Assembly (NCBI RefSeq): GCF_026210795.1
Contig: NC_089429.1
Location: 930,001-994,000 of the forward strand
Length of the DNA stretch: 64,000 bases
From: Rhizophagus irregularis
Lineage: Eukaryota
Direction: 5' to 3'
Shown here: piece by piece, positions 25,957 to 40,278 of the stretch
Numbering within the stretch: position 1 is the first letter of the stretch
Layout: the number at the start of each line of letters is the position of its first letter
The notes under the pieces: model-generated
What the model was told of the DNA's origin: nothing
What the model saw: the letters and a program-made list of their open reading frames with translations, nothing else
Databases searched by the model: none
Translations under genes and position numbers: made by a program

Positions 25957-28352
25957 ATAAATTTTAGTCAAAGTTGAAGTATCGGCGCAAAAAAAAGTAC
26001 TTTTTTTTTTAAGTTCCAGAAAGAAAATTCATAGTCAAAATTTTTCCCATAATAACAGTATTATTACAAAGATGTATAGTACATTTGAGCGTAAAGTAAA
26101 CCATACCTTCTATAGTGTTTTGCGAAATTAAATTAAGATCCAAGCTACTCACAAGAAGTCCGTAACCGTACTGTAAAGCTTCTGGAAAATAAGAAGATTA
26201 ATGTTCTATGAGTGCTCCAAATGTTCCATGCAGCCTTTGAAGCGTTTGTTTGGATTAGTGTTTCTACAATGGTTATTTTTTATCAGATTCTTGTACCCCT
26301 TGAAGTGTTCACAAAAAAGGAATTCGTTTCAGGGTTTTGTAATGACTTCAAATAATGACTAAATTATATTATTTAATTCTAATAATGACCATTTCTCACT
26401 ATTGTAATATTTAAGAATATACTTACATCTTTTCTTTAAATATATACTGTAATTCACTTATTTTTATTTAATTGCAAGTATGGAACACGTACTTCAAAAC
26501 AATTCTGAAATTATACACAAGGAGAGATCATATGACAAATACTGTATCAATATTGTCAAAAGCAATATTTGTGCTTATAAAAGAAGTATTGTCAGATTAT
26601 AATTTGTCAGAAATAAATAAATTAAATTTTTTTTTTAAAAATAAATATTATTTTTTTCGGTCTCTTTTTGGTCTCTTTTTTTAAGCTGTTTTTTTTTATA
26701 TTTGTTTATTTTTTTTTTTGGTCACTCTTTGTGTCGAAATTTTTTTTTTTTCAATTTTTTCAGTTTTTTAAAACTTATATTTTAATAATCTTTTCTTTCT
26801 ATTTTTCTTAAAACTGAATTTTTAATATTTTTCGCTCCGGTTTTTTTAAAACTGAATTTTATAACTTATGCTAATATTCTTTTTACGTAATTTTTTTTAT
26901 TTACTATTTTTATTAACTTATATACTGTATGAGTAAATATAGTATTATTTATTTCATCCTTAGAGTTTCGGGAAATTCGGGAAATTCGCAGTCTGGAAAT
27001 GGCCAATCGGAAAATTGACTTCAGGATAATGACACGATCAGATCAATCGGCGATTTGCCTTTATTCCGATTTTCATTTTTAATTAATTCTTTCTGGATCG
27101 GCAATGAAATAATCAAAATAATTTGAACAAATATATCGTGTGTGATTTTTTATCTAGAATAAGTAAACATGCCCGACAAAAAAAAATAAAATTAAGAAAA
27201 TTTATTTGTTTTACTTTTCTCCTTCATAACTTTAGGATTAATAGTATCCATCCGTTTATTACCTTATTTAAACTCCTTTCCGGCTCTTCTACCTTCGTCT
27301 TTTTAGTAGGCGTAATGAGGATATTATCCCAATAAACTGTCATCATACACGCCATTAGAAAGATATGTATGACTGGATTTTTAACTAATAAGGATATCTA
27401 TGATGACCATCGATCATCTGATTAATAAAATTACGTCACTATAGAATATCGTGAAAATCAATGATATCCACGGAATAAACTATTATTGTTTTATTTTTAA
27501 TTTTTTTAACCATTATATTTTTGAAATTTTCTATGTTTTGAAAAAAATATTTAAATATACAAATTATTAAAAAAAATAAGAAAAAAAAATATATAAAATT
27601 TTGATCCAATTTTACCTGGATTTTCCTATCAAATATGGTGGCTTCTTTTTCCATTGGGTGATATATAAACTGGTATTACAAAAGAAGGAAAACGAAAAAC
27701 CATTACCTATGTAAGCATGTGTTAGTTGTGCTACCTTAAATTAATTGAGATTACTTTATCAAATTTTTTCAAGTAATATTATATTAGTGGAAATATTTTG
27801 TGGAAATATTTTTTAGATTTTCATTATTTTCAAGTTATTTAGGATAAGAAATTCAGTGGAATTCTAATCTAATCAAAATTTTGGTCGAAGTTACTCTATT
27901 AGTTTTACATTATCACTACATGTAATATAAGATCGGCATTTTTATCCACAATCAATTTTTTTCGAGGGGTAAAATTAAATTAATTCCCAATATAATTATA
28001 CACTTTTTTATTAAAGGGGAAGGAAAGGTGCATACTTGATTTACCAATTTTCCTTTCAGATAGTTTATTTTAATTAGTATTACTTCCGATATATTCCTAT
28101 TAAATAGAACATTGCTTGTGTATGTAGATGCATCTCATAATTCTCATATTCATTCTGCAAATATTTCAGTTCTTTCTAAACAGAGCTCTTTGAAGGATTA
28201 ACAAATATAATAATACACGTTATTAAATTATATCAAAATGAAATCAAAATATTCCCAAATTTATTTAGTACAAAATTAAAATCTGAATTCTGCTGATATA
28301 TAAATATAAACATAGTTCCCTCTAATTCCATTATACAAACAATTCATCAATC

Positions 28353-28999
28353 ATGAAATATATCGTGTTTATTATTGTATTTCTTAATACGTTCTCCAAT
28401 ATCTTTGCTTGGAGATTTGATCATGATTGCACAGGTAAGCTATCTAAGAACCATTTTTATTCTGCACAAGATAGCGTGATGTTAATAAATCATCTATTTT
28501 TTTTTTACTTTATGCTATTTTATCGTAATAAAAAGATATTAGCATTGTAGACATTAAATTTATACAAAATAATCAGGTCGAAGTAACCGTACATGGTCCA
28601 CAAAGAGTTTCACATCCTGGTTATTACCCTTGTTGTTTGCAACAGGGGCCAATGATCATTGGTAATTATAAAATTTACACAAATAACCCAAATGACCCGA
28701 TTGCTACTATTTGGGTAGACCGTCAATGGGTAAATGGTTACTCTGAGGATAATCTCGTAGATTCAAATAATTGCGTATATGGGCCACAACCGGATTGTGA
28801 CAAAGTTTATCAAGGAGCAATTGATTACACGCATACTTACGATTTTGATGCTTCAAGGTTCCCCCCTCCAGGAGGGAAAGTCACACTGTCAATGGATATA
28901 TATGCTCATTGTACTTTTGACTCTAATTATCAAGGGAGTACGTCTTGCTATCAGGGATGCTCATTAAATTATATCGCAGATTATAATCCACAAAAATAA
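28353..28999 (+). CDS. Small secreted cysteine-rich protein, 181 aa, 2 exons (28353-28434, 28536-28999)
   Basis: Signal-peptide-like MKYIVFIIVFLNTFSNIFA. A GTAAGC..AG intron joins in frame to DISIVDIKF...PCCLQQGPM...CYQGCSLNYIADYNPQK*. 8 Cys. Confidence 0.85.
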
Positions 29000-29589
29000 A
29001 TGGATTCTTTTATCTTTGTAATTTGTAATTTGGTAACTCATAATATTATATGCAAATATTATAAAATTCTTTTTCATTATTTTATTTATTTATTAATAAT
29101 TTTTATTATAATAATATTTTTTTTTTTCAACAAATCTTGCTTATATCAAATGATAATATTAATTGAAAGAAAAACATGGTAATTTTGCTTTTATTAGCTG
29201 TTAGTATTTTATTATATTTTCATATTACATTATATGTATCTACGACATAAAAATACGTAAAAAGTACTTATTTAAAGATTCAAGTAAAAAATTTTCAAAA
29301 TTAATTATCGCATCTTTCTATGTTCTATTAATAAATTAGGTTCGATAAAAAAACATTTTTTTTTTCTTTAACATTAAAAATATGTAATTTTTAGGAAATG
29401 TTAATTATCGAATACTGCCCTGTGATAAATTACGTTTGATTTGTGATGGGCAAAATATATGGACCCCATACACGGGTTCTGCTAAAAATCACGACGAACA
29501 TATCACGTGACAAATATATGTAATTAGTCACATTCTTGTACTGCGTAACATTGGGATCTTACCAGATCCTTTGCACATGATTTGGATAA

Positions 29590-29757
29590 TCTTTTTTGTT
29601 CCCTTTCCCTTATTTGCTTACTTTCCCCTTCCCTTCCATTATTCCCCTACTTTTTTCCTTTTCCCTTCTCACTTTCCCTCTTTCCCTTCCCTTATTCCCT
29701 CGCTCTTTCTCCTTTCCCTCCTTTCTCTTTCTCTTTCCTTTCCTTTCTCCCCTCCCT
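29590..29757. repeat. Polypyrimidine low-complexity tract
   Basis: Almost purely C/T on the + strand. Confidence 0.8.
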
Positions 29758-32700
29758 GATCGATGTTGCTGCACCTCAACGTTGGTGATCAGGTGACAAC
29801 AAGTTTTTTAAAGACTTGGCTAAGTCAACAACAAATACTAACGTTTTGTTTACTTTTATTAAATATATTTATATATAACTATAAGTTAAATATAAAGTTT
29901 TTATTTAATTTCTCATCTATAATTATTTTTTTGATTATTTGATTTATAATTTTCACAAATGTGTCTTATAACACGTTCCAAAGATTATTAATTAGTAGAT
30001 TTAAAATTTATCGAGAAAGTCATCAATTTTAATTATATCTGATTTCATAAAAAAAGAAAAATAAATTTGAGACCATGAGAATTTTCTTTTTATTTCTGTA
30101 AAGCTTTACGAAATCGGCCAGAGTTTTGGCGTTGCTTATTTATATTTTTGCCGCAGCATTTTTTTATTTTATTTAGATCAACCAAGTTGAACGAGAATTT
30201 GTACTGGATTACTTGTTCTTACAAATACTTGTCCAAATTCGTTCATTCGTTATATTTTCCCCGTTATTATGAAGTTAAGCATCTCTGGCTCACATTATGC
30301 CCTTTTCACCAGCACTATGTTGTAGGGATTGGAATTAATCGAAAATCGAATCGTATCTAATAGAATCGATTAATTGAATCTAAAAATCGAATCCCAATAA
30401 ATCAAATTTTTTATATTTTGGCGCAGCAAATATAATCTTGCCGTTTCTATAACCACGCCACAATGAAAAAAAATCTCAGAATTAATAAAAAAAAATTGGA
30501 CATTGGACAATTAGATAATTGAGAATTTAATCAAACATTATCCAATCAAGTTAATTGTGGCTAATGTTTAATTAATTAAAAAAAAAAATTTTTTTATTAA
30601 TTGATAAATTTCGAGTTCAGGGGCCTGCCGGCCTGGATCATCTTTTGGCCAGAATTAAATATAATTCTATAATGCGGGCCAAAAATGTCTACTGCATATT
30701 TATTTATTTTAATGATAACAACTAGGCTATTTCATATGCATCAGGATGTTGTTAATCTTATATGATAAATATCAATTGTCAAATTTAAAAATTTTAAGTT
30801 ACTCCTTATATGAAGAAACATAAAATTGATGGATTTACTAAGATATTAATATAACTCAAAAAATCAAACAATAATCTTAATTGAGCTCTCATTTGGAAGA
30901 TAGGTACCTTTATTGAAAAAAGACAATAATCAGATTAAGTTATGCAGAAACTTTATGAGAATTCTGAGCAAACTATATATTGCAAAGTATAACTAAAGAC
31001 ATTGCAAGAGTTTATTTGATACAATCTGTCAGTAAATATTTTAATTATACATATATTGATTTAATGTTAGGTAATAAAATCCCAATAATTCATGAATGGA
31101 TATCTATTTATAAACAGTTTGATTAAAATCAAGAACTTAGTTTATCTCTTGCTATTAATTTACATCTGATTCTTCAATTATTTATATGTATTAAAATACC
31201 TGTATCTTTTGATGACTTCAAATAATTCACAAAAACATAGTTGATTTGATTGAATGTTCACTTATAAAATACTAGTATTAACTATTAATAACTGACCATG
31301 TTACTACAATTACTATAAAAATTTTGTGCAATACCCTCCAATTATTTTCCAGATATTTTGAAAATATTCCAATTACATTATAAATGATGCTTTAAGTCAA
31401 AATTTTGAAATTGAATATAAGAAAATTTTCTAGAAATATTCTGAATAAATATGGATATACAATGAATTATTAGTAAAAATTAAGTGAGTCAGATACTGAT
31501 CATAATTATTAATCATAGTACTGCGACAATTACTATACCAAAAAAAACTAATAATAACAGATTACTGATAATACTATTATGGAAGATATACCTATTAAAA
31601 GTTTATTTTGATAAAAAAAAAATAATATTTATTAAAAAATTTATGAAAAGTTAGTTTCTATAAAAAATAATATTTATTAAAAGTTTATTTTTAAAATAAT
31701 TTATTTGCCAACTTTTCATTTATCTCTTTTATTTTTTTCAACATTCTTACTCTTGTTATGTTAATAAGAAAATATCAAATTAATATAAAATAAGTAAGTA
31801 TTATAAATTGATATTAATAAATCTTGCTATTACAAATACAAAATTATTTTCTCTAATTTATTCTGGTTTATTGTAGATTATAGCTGATAATAACATGAAT
31901 AAGAATAACTAATTCCACTGCAAATACAGAACTTGTTCCAAGCGTATCTTCACTATTCCAGCTATTATTAACAAATCAACAAGCAATTTCAACAGTTACT
32001 ACACAAAATCATTAACCTACTCCTAACATTTCCAAACCATCAAGTTCTGCTACAGCTGGCATTATTAATACATTGGTAAATACACAAATATTCAACTAAA
32101 TAATATTATAATAACATTAGTAAATATTTAGTATTTATTAGTCTCCAGATGGTTCAATACAAAACCCTATTATTTAACATTTTTAAATATATTAACTTGT
32201 TTAAATTACTATCAAGTTTAAAAGTGACTTTCCAACTTTCTCTATTTCTGTCGGAGATTTCACCTTGCAAAAAATTACTGAAGATATTATTGGAAATTGG
32301 GGTAATTATGGGCTTGCATTATTTGATATATATATATATCATTTTAATAATAAAATATTTGTAGTTGAAACTGAATGTAAGAAAAAAATCAAAAAAGCAC
32401 ATACACAAGGCATCTATCTCTCTACCTCCAGAATGAAAAAATATTACACCTTTGGAGTTACCAATTTATCATCATGTATTTAATTACAACATGATCTAGT
32501 TTATGGAAAACCATTCAAGAATTTAATAATTTAGACCTTTTGCTAGTTATAATATTTATAATACTTTATAATAAAAATATAGGTAATAAAAAGAGGTCAA
32601 CTAGAACAAGCTTGGAAAGAACAACCAAACCATCTAAGAATCAAAGTACCATTCATAAGATTTACAATACTTGCAAGAATTCTTGAAAATAGGATATTAT

Positions 32701-35024
32701 TCTATTATTCATTAAATTATGATGATATTCTGCTTGTATTTATGAAATTTACTGAATAGTTTCAGAAAATATCATTAATTTTCCATTTGCATTCATAAAA
32801 TTTACTGAATAATTTCAAGATAATATCTTTGTAAATCATCCGATAATACTCCATTTGCATTTATGAAATTTACAGAGTATAATTCAAGTATTTTCAGGTA
32901 AAGTATGCAATTATTATTCTGAAAAATGATCACTTTCTGTGGAAAAATCGATAATAAAAATTGGAAGATTTTTGGAACACAAGAACCAGATAAAAATCAG
33001 AATATATTCATAATAATTTTTTTATAGGGAGTTTGATATATTATTAATAGTTAAAGCAATAAATAAAGTTAGGTTTTGGACTTATAATAGGTTTTGGACA
33101 TAGTTTGGATTTTGGTCAGGATTTCAGTTTTGGAAAGCAGTTTTTGAATACTAAACTGTTCAAAACCCAATACTGAAACTAGGAGGGATTTCAGCTACAA
33201 GTATAATTAAAATATCAAATGTCTTGATCATAGGTCTAAAGCAAAACAACCAAATATTAATGATGATAAAACTGTTGTAACTTCTGGCCAAAAGTTTAAA
33301 GCAAAGAAGGTAAAGACTCCTTTTCAGCAGTAAAACATCCCACTTGCAGATGTAAGACAATATGAATGGTTTTAATAATGTTTGAACACAATACAATAAT
33401 AAATGAATACAGGTACTTTGTTTCCATTTAAATTATATTCTCAATGTATTCTAATAGTGTTTATTTATATATTCTCATTTTTTTTTATTTTAAGGTCTCC
33501 AGAATTTTTTTTTTAGTAATATTTTTAAATTATTTGTTATAGAAAAGATGTCACTATGATAAAATACAAATTTACTTCAAGTATATAACAGATTACCTTT
33601 GAATTTTACATAAAAACATCACAAGTTTATAATGAATTTATCTTAAATACTGTGTGAAGATATTACAAGTTTATTACAAATATTTGTACAAATGGATGCT
33701 CATAATTGTATTAAATTTGTTTAATTTGTTTACATTTTTTTTTTACAAAACCTAATGAAAACTTTTTACTTCGACCATATGTCTCATGTTTTGTAAATTG
33801 TCACGAGTATTTAATTTTGCATCTTTCTTTAAAACTTTCCTTTAAACTAGAATTTTATTAATATATATCTAGATGAATAATACCCAGGATTTCTCCCACG
33901 GCATATATGACGAAATGATAATAAACCCAGTGATATTGACAATGAATCTGAAATGAAAATGTTCAGGAAGAAGAACTCATAGTATCACGATTCACAACAT
34001 TGTTCTGAAAAGAATATAAAGTATTATGATAAAGAAAATACTTAAAGTATATTTACATGGAGGTGCATAATATTATTATTGTATTAAGGTTAGGATCAAG
34101 ATATTTTGCTTATGGATTAGATCAGTAAAAGTATTATAAATGAGGAAATTTGAGAAATGAAAATTTTATTTCATATTTATGTATTATTGGAAAAAATTAA
34201 GTTTACATATGCTAACATATCGAATTTACATTGTGACAGGTAGGAATATCCCTCGTATCAAATTTTTTCTTTTTAAAGTTGTCTAATCATGCCAATAATA
34301 ATTTTGTGGCTTAGTGATATATTAATTTATAGTAGTTAATAAACTTCATAAATCAATCTAAAACGAAATTAAATATTTTTAGACTAAAATTTCACCTATT
34401 GGATCTCGGTAAATGATAATTTTGTTATCTAAATTTGATACGTTGAAAATATTTATTAAAGATTAATAATCCATCCAGGCACTCAACTCTGTCATATCAC
34501 AAGAGAATGCCTATCCGATTTATCAGTTTCACAAAACATTTATCACAAGTTTTTCACAATGAAATCGTCAAAAAAAAGATATAATTCATTACCTTGATAT
34601 TTTATTGAAAATACTTTTAGTCAGGCTGTCAAGGTTTATTTTAACACGTTCTTTATTGTTATTTTATTAAATTTATTGACTTTATTCAAGAATTGTTAAT
34701 TTATCCAATTGAAATCCGGTGATTATTTACTATTAAATATTTGAAAATATTAGCAGCTTGAATGATGACAAAAATTCAACGTTTAGTTTCCTTTACCATC
34801 TAATTATATTTTATATTAATTGGTTAAAAAATGTTCACCATTAGAATATATAGGCCAAATCTTTATCAAACATCCGAATTACTCAAATGGATGTATTTAC
34901 GAGATTATTACAACAGAAAAAAACTTGGTAGATTTTACGTTAATAAATTGTAATACAATTTTCATTTAAAGAATACATATGCAAGTTCATTAAATTGTGT
35001 AAACAGTTATTATTTATTAAAATT

Positions 35025-36662
35025 TTAAATAATGTCATTTATATCAGAAATACATAAAACAGAACTTTTTTGTACTATAACATTATGTAATTTAAATTCA
35101 CTTACTTCATCATCTGAAAAAAACAATTCTCTATTCGTATAATCATTAGAACAATATTCTGAAAACGCCAAATATTTAACCCTTTTCTTTTTCATAATAT
35201 ATTCCTTAATGTAAGATAAAATAATTTTATCATCATCTTTTGCCATATTTCTAATTAATAATTTCTTGATAAAAGTATTTTGAAAATTTCTTAAAAATAT
35301 TTCAAAATCGCTTATATTAAATGAAAGTGTTAAACTTAAATATTCTAATTTAGTAGGAAGAACTTGTCCTAAATTTCGTAATACAATTGAACTTAATAAT
35401 TCATCACAATCATTCCTAATACCCAAAATAACAGTAATATAAGTAATAGTTTGTCCAATATTTTCAATTAATTGATAAATATTAATATCATCAAATTTAT
35501 CTGAAAAAAAGTATCTAATTTTTGTACAATATTTCATAATTAACTTAAGTAATTGTCGTCTTTGTTCTTTATATATTTCGCCTATATATCCAAAATCCAA
35601 GATTTCAAAATTTTCTAAATAATCACCACATTTTTGTAATAGAAATTGTAATGATTCAATGTGTAATATTTCACCCATAAACAAAGATCTCAATTTAAAA
35701 GGCTTAGTAACTTTAATAATTTGTTGAACAAAATCAGAATTTAAAGAATCACAATAAAGAATATGAATAGATTCTAAAACATTCAACTGATCAAATACTT
35801 CTTGTAAAATTGTAATTATATTTTTAAAGTTAATACCATTAAATATAATTGTATTTAAAGTATTAGAACAATTAGAATTTTTTAGTGATAAAAATGGATT
35901 ATATAAATTTTTAGTATGATACCCAAATGAAATTCTTTTGAGATTATGTTGTGAAATAATTATTTGTAATAAACATTTTTCAATTAAAGAACGATTGTTG
36001 TCATTAGTTATATGAAAATCGAACACAATTGATGAAATTGAACTACAATTAGAATATAAAAATTTTAATAAAGGAATGATAATCATGGCATTATTTCGAA
36101 TATTAATTTGGAGTGTTAAATGTTTAATATTGTAAGTAAAAATTGAATTTTGTAAAATTAATTCTATAGTATCATTAAAATATGCAAAATGATTATCTGT
36201 AAGCATTATAAATTCAAAAGAATGTAAATTTCCTTCATTCTCAAGGAAAATTTCAAATAATGATCTACAAACTAATTTTTTTAGTTTCTCAGGATTATCA
36301 TTCATTAAAGTACCAACCCACGTTTCAACGGAAAAACAAATTCTAGTTGTTTTTAAATATTTAATAAGACTAGGATAATTGAATAATAATGTATTTGAGG
36401 GTAATAAGTTATTAATAATTCCATATTCATTAAATTTTTCTTTATCATCTTCTTTTAAATAGGATAAATAAATTTCAATATAACTATAATTTTGAGTAGG
36501 AATACAAAAAGGGTCTTCCCATAATAATGGAATCGCTAAACGACACCATAACCTATTAACTAAAATACACGAATACAATGTTGAAAAATCTTTTCTAAGA
36601 TGTTGTATAATTTCATTTGTTAATTCGGGTAAATCTCCTGAAAATATTTTTGAACATGCCAT
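35025..36662 (-). CDS. F-box-like domain protein with LRR/RNI-like C-terminus (545 aa from the MACSK start)
   Basis: Paralog of 23147-24778. The start was assigned at 36662 by homology, not at the upstream ATG 36830. Confidence 0.88.
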   Translation of the reverse strand: MACSKIFSGDLPELTNEIIQHLRKDFSTLYSCILVNRLWCRLAIPLLWEDPFCIPTQNYSYIEIYLSYLKEDDKEKFNEYGIINNLLPSNTLLFNYPSLIKYLKTTRICFSVETWVGTLMNDNPEKLKKLVCRSLFEIFLENEGNLHSFEFIMLTDNHFAYFNDTIELILQNSIFTYNIKHLTLQINIRNNAMIIIPLLKFLYSNCSSISSIVFDFHITNDNNRSLIEKCLLQIIISQHNLKRISFGYHTKNLYNPFLSLKNSNCSNTLNTIIFNGINFKNIITILQEVFDQLNVLESIHILYCDSLNSDFVQQIIKVTKPFKLRSLFMGEILHIESLQFLLQKCGDYLENFEILDFGYIGEIYKEQRRQLLKLIMKYCTKIRYFFSDKFDDINIYQLIENIGQTITYITVILGIRNDCDELLSSIVLRNLGQVLPTKLEYLSLTLSFNISDFEIFLRNFQNTFIKKLLIRNMAKDDDKIILSYIKEYIMKKKRVKYLAFSEYCSNDYTNRELFFSDDEVSEFKLHNVIVQKSSVLCISDINDII

Positions 36663-39600
36663 GTTGTTGAAGAAAATTGAAAAGGAGTGACTTTTTTTTA
36701 AAAAATGGAATAAATTTATTAATTTTAGTAGCGTTTGTTGTGCTACATAAATGACCAAAAATATTATGTAAATCGTTCCTTTTTTAACTAATTCAAATAA
36801 AATTCCCACCCCCAGCCAAATGATCGACATAGTCTCTAAGCTAAGTGGGCGTGCAGATTAGCCCACGAGATCATTGGTCCAATCTGTCCAAACAACTAAC
36901 CAATATCACATTAGTTTGGCCAGAATTAATCCCAGCAAAATTTAGCCGGAATTATAAAACGGACTTAAATGTCGGTTTTCAAATTTGACCGGGATTATAA
37001 AAACGGTTTGTAAACTTGACCAGAATTAATATAATTTCGCCCAATAAAATTTGGGCCGGAATTATAAAAATGGACATTTATGTCCGTTTTTGTAAATTTG
37101 GCCAGCGTTATGAATCTAAATATTTTAACCAATCATCCAGTAATCATAGAAAAAAATGTTAGCTTTGTCTCATCAAGACATGTTAGATTGTTTCTATCAT
37201 CAATAGAAGGGGAGTTATTAGCAATTCAGCATTTAGAAATATTTAAATTATTTTCAAAGAAATGTTAATACCTTATTATTTATTAATCCTAAAGATATAA
37301 AACTCCCACCATTTAATACATTTCAATACAATCCAACAAGCTGTGTATTATCTTTTTATAATTTACACTTGATGGATGGTAAGTTAATGCAATTTAACTT
37401 TTAGCAATTTGGTATATTTAACCAAAAAAAAAAAAAATTTTTTTCATTGTATTTAGATATCCAATAAAAATCGGACATATATAAAGATATTTATATTGTT
37501 TTTATTATTTATTTGATATATGAAAGTATATAAACATCTTGTTTTATAAATATTATATGAAAATTTTGTAAAGAAAATTATATGAAAATTTATCATTGAT
37601 ATGATAATTTACCAATTAATACAATTTATTATTTTAATACATCACATATTTATAGAAGTTTACTTTAACATGATATATATATATTACATTATAAATTTAT
37701 AAAGAAAATATATAAATAAACTTACAAATTTTCTCCAATAATAATATTTACCAATTATTATAATTTTTTATTTTAATTGCTATAAAGTTTATTAATGTAA
37801 GTCAGTATATATTTAATTATTTAAATTATATCTATAAACATATTTTTTATTAGATATAAATTATTTTAAATATTGTTAGAAATTGTAGAAATTGGATCTA
37901 TAAAATCATAATGGTCGAAAAATGGAGCCGAATTCCAAAGGTCTATCGGTTTTATGAATGTCTAACAAATATCTTCAATAATTCGAGAATGATCAATTTT
38001 TAAATGTAACACCAAGCCATCAAGAGAACTACTAATTAATATTCTATTAACTCTGATTGCCAATCATCCAGACCCGGTTTAATCGCAGAAAATTCACTGG
38101 GATTCCACAACGATCTGCGCCTGAGCCGGGTCCGGATCACGTCACGGCTAGTTATTTTTCGGCTAACTATTATAACAAAAACATTTATTAAAAACAAGAT
38201 TTTAGTATACATCTCTCTTAAATAATTTGTAATTTCTGGAGTGCAACGAAATTCTAATTTGGTATAACAAACTTCAGGAGATTGTAACATCCATTTTTAA
38301 ATATTAATATATATAATTTGATGATTTATCAAAAATAATATGGATAAATTTAAGTAAAACGGATCATTCCCCATTTTCTTTTTAAAAAATTTTATTGCAA
38401 GGATAGCACATAAAGATAGCTTAACTTATCCTGCATTAGTAGCTTCAATGACATATTCTAAAAAAATCAAAATATGCATGTAGCTCCAGACGGAATTAAC
38501 ACAAATCGCATGCGTCTCTTTTGATTATTATAAGAAAAATACTGTAGTTCAAACAATGTTAAAATTATATTTATATATAACAAGAAAAAAATTAAGGATA
38601 AGGACGTGTTCAAAAGAAAAATCCTACTTTTATTATGGGTTAATTGATGATCTTCAGTTGAAAGTAAAAAAGTTTAATAATATAGGGTTTTTTGTCTGTA
38701 ATAATGTAGTAAAATAATAATGGTTATTATACACATTGTTTAATACGTAAAAGCGTAAAATTCACGTCATCACCATAGTAAATGTGCTATATATGATTTA
38801 TAACTTATTAATATTATTGATAACATGCCAATAAGGTTTCAATTCCTATAAAATATAATTATAATAAAATATACTTGGTAAATGGAAACTGTTAAAAAAA
38901 GTCCATCGCAAATTGAAGGCCGCAGTAGGCACATGACTACATTCAACCAAACAAATATTAATTGTAAAATCATATTGTTATAATAAACTGTAAAAGAGTA
39001 AAGACCGAATAGCAGAATAAAAAAGACTAATTGGAATGGAAACTGTTAAAATTTTTTATCTCTTTAATCATTCAAAGTAATGTATTTTAACTACTAAAAA
39101 AGTATACTATTATCAATACAATTTAATAAAGAATTCGCTTTACACGTGATCTATTTATAATAATATGATCTTTTAACCATGAGCGTTAGTAATGTTAGTA
39201 ATATTAGTTATTTACCACAATCGGAAATATCAACAGATTCTGGTCACGGCTTTACAGTAGTTGTTGCATATAAACTCATTTTTACGAATATTTTAAATAA
39301 TTTTGTTTGATTTTGTCCTTATAAACATCGAAAACACTTTTTTTCAATTTCCATAATAATTTTGGTAAAAATAAAATAGTAAATAGTGATATATATTCTA
39401 TCAGTAATCGCTCTCATTACCAATTTAAATAAGTATATTTACAAAAATATCAAGTTTTTCACAGCACTTAGAATAATAACTAGGAGTACATGAAAATTGT
39501 ATTAAAACAAGATTAAATTGCTTGTTTGGAAACACTTACTGTATATAAAAGAACCTTATTCTACTCATGTCAAATATAGGAATCAAAAGAAGAATCTCAC

Positions 39601-40278
39601 AAATTATCATACTATAATGAGAATAAAGGTTTCTAATAAATCTGACTAAAATATATTAACTGTTGTATTTTTCATGTAATTAAAACACCAAACATTTCCT
39701 TAAAATGATAACACAAATTATATATGTAATTATTAGAAACCATATGTTTTATGAATGAGTTTGTGAAATTATTATTATTTATTTTTTTCTTGATAAATTT
39801 TTTTTAATATCAATACATTTATCATAAATTTATTTAATTTACTCACTTTAATTTTAAATTTATTTTAATTTACTAAACTGAAAATTTCATAACAACAGAT
39901 TTATTTAATCGCTCTACCAGTTATTGTTTGACCAAATATTATTTCTTTAATAACAAGTATGGAAAGTACTATAATAAAAACATGAGGAAAAAGAAAGGAA
40001 CAAAATGAAATAGAGATTTTTATCAAAATTTCAAATATAAAAACAATTACATTTATCTACAGTATATCAGATGATCGGTGAAATTAACTTTGACGTCAGT
40101 AGTTATTAACCGGGGCAAATTAACCGGTCCAATTAATTTATCCGATTATTGTGTTACGATCTGCTCATCTGCAATATAAGGTTGAACCATTTTACAAATT
40201 AGGATTGGCAATATTCTTTATTTTCCGCTTCATTTTGATAGAATAAAAATATACTATTGTTGTTTTATAATTTTTATA

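Noticed and set aside
29571..29796. Three overlapping F/P/S/L-rich ORFs
   Set aside because: A polypyrimidine tract that lacks stop codons.
30700..32950. Coding-like fragments with splice-like sites
   Set aside because: Many stops and no recognisable family; probably a decayed gene or transposon, but it cannot be supported.
36663..36830. 56-aa N-terminal extension of the third F-box-like ORF
   Set aside because: Paralogs start at MACSK, and the region matches their promoter motif.
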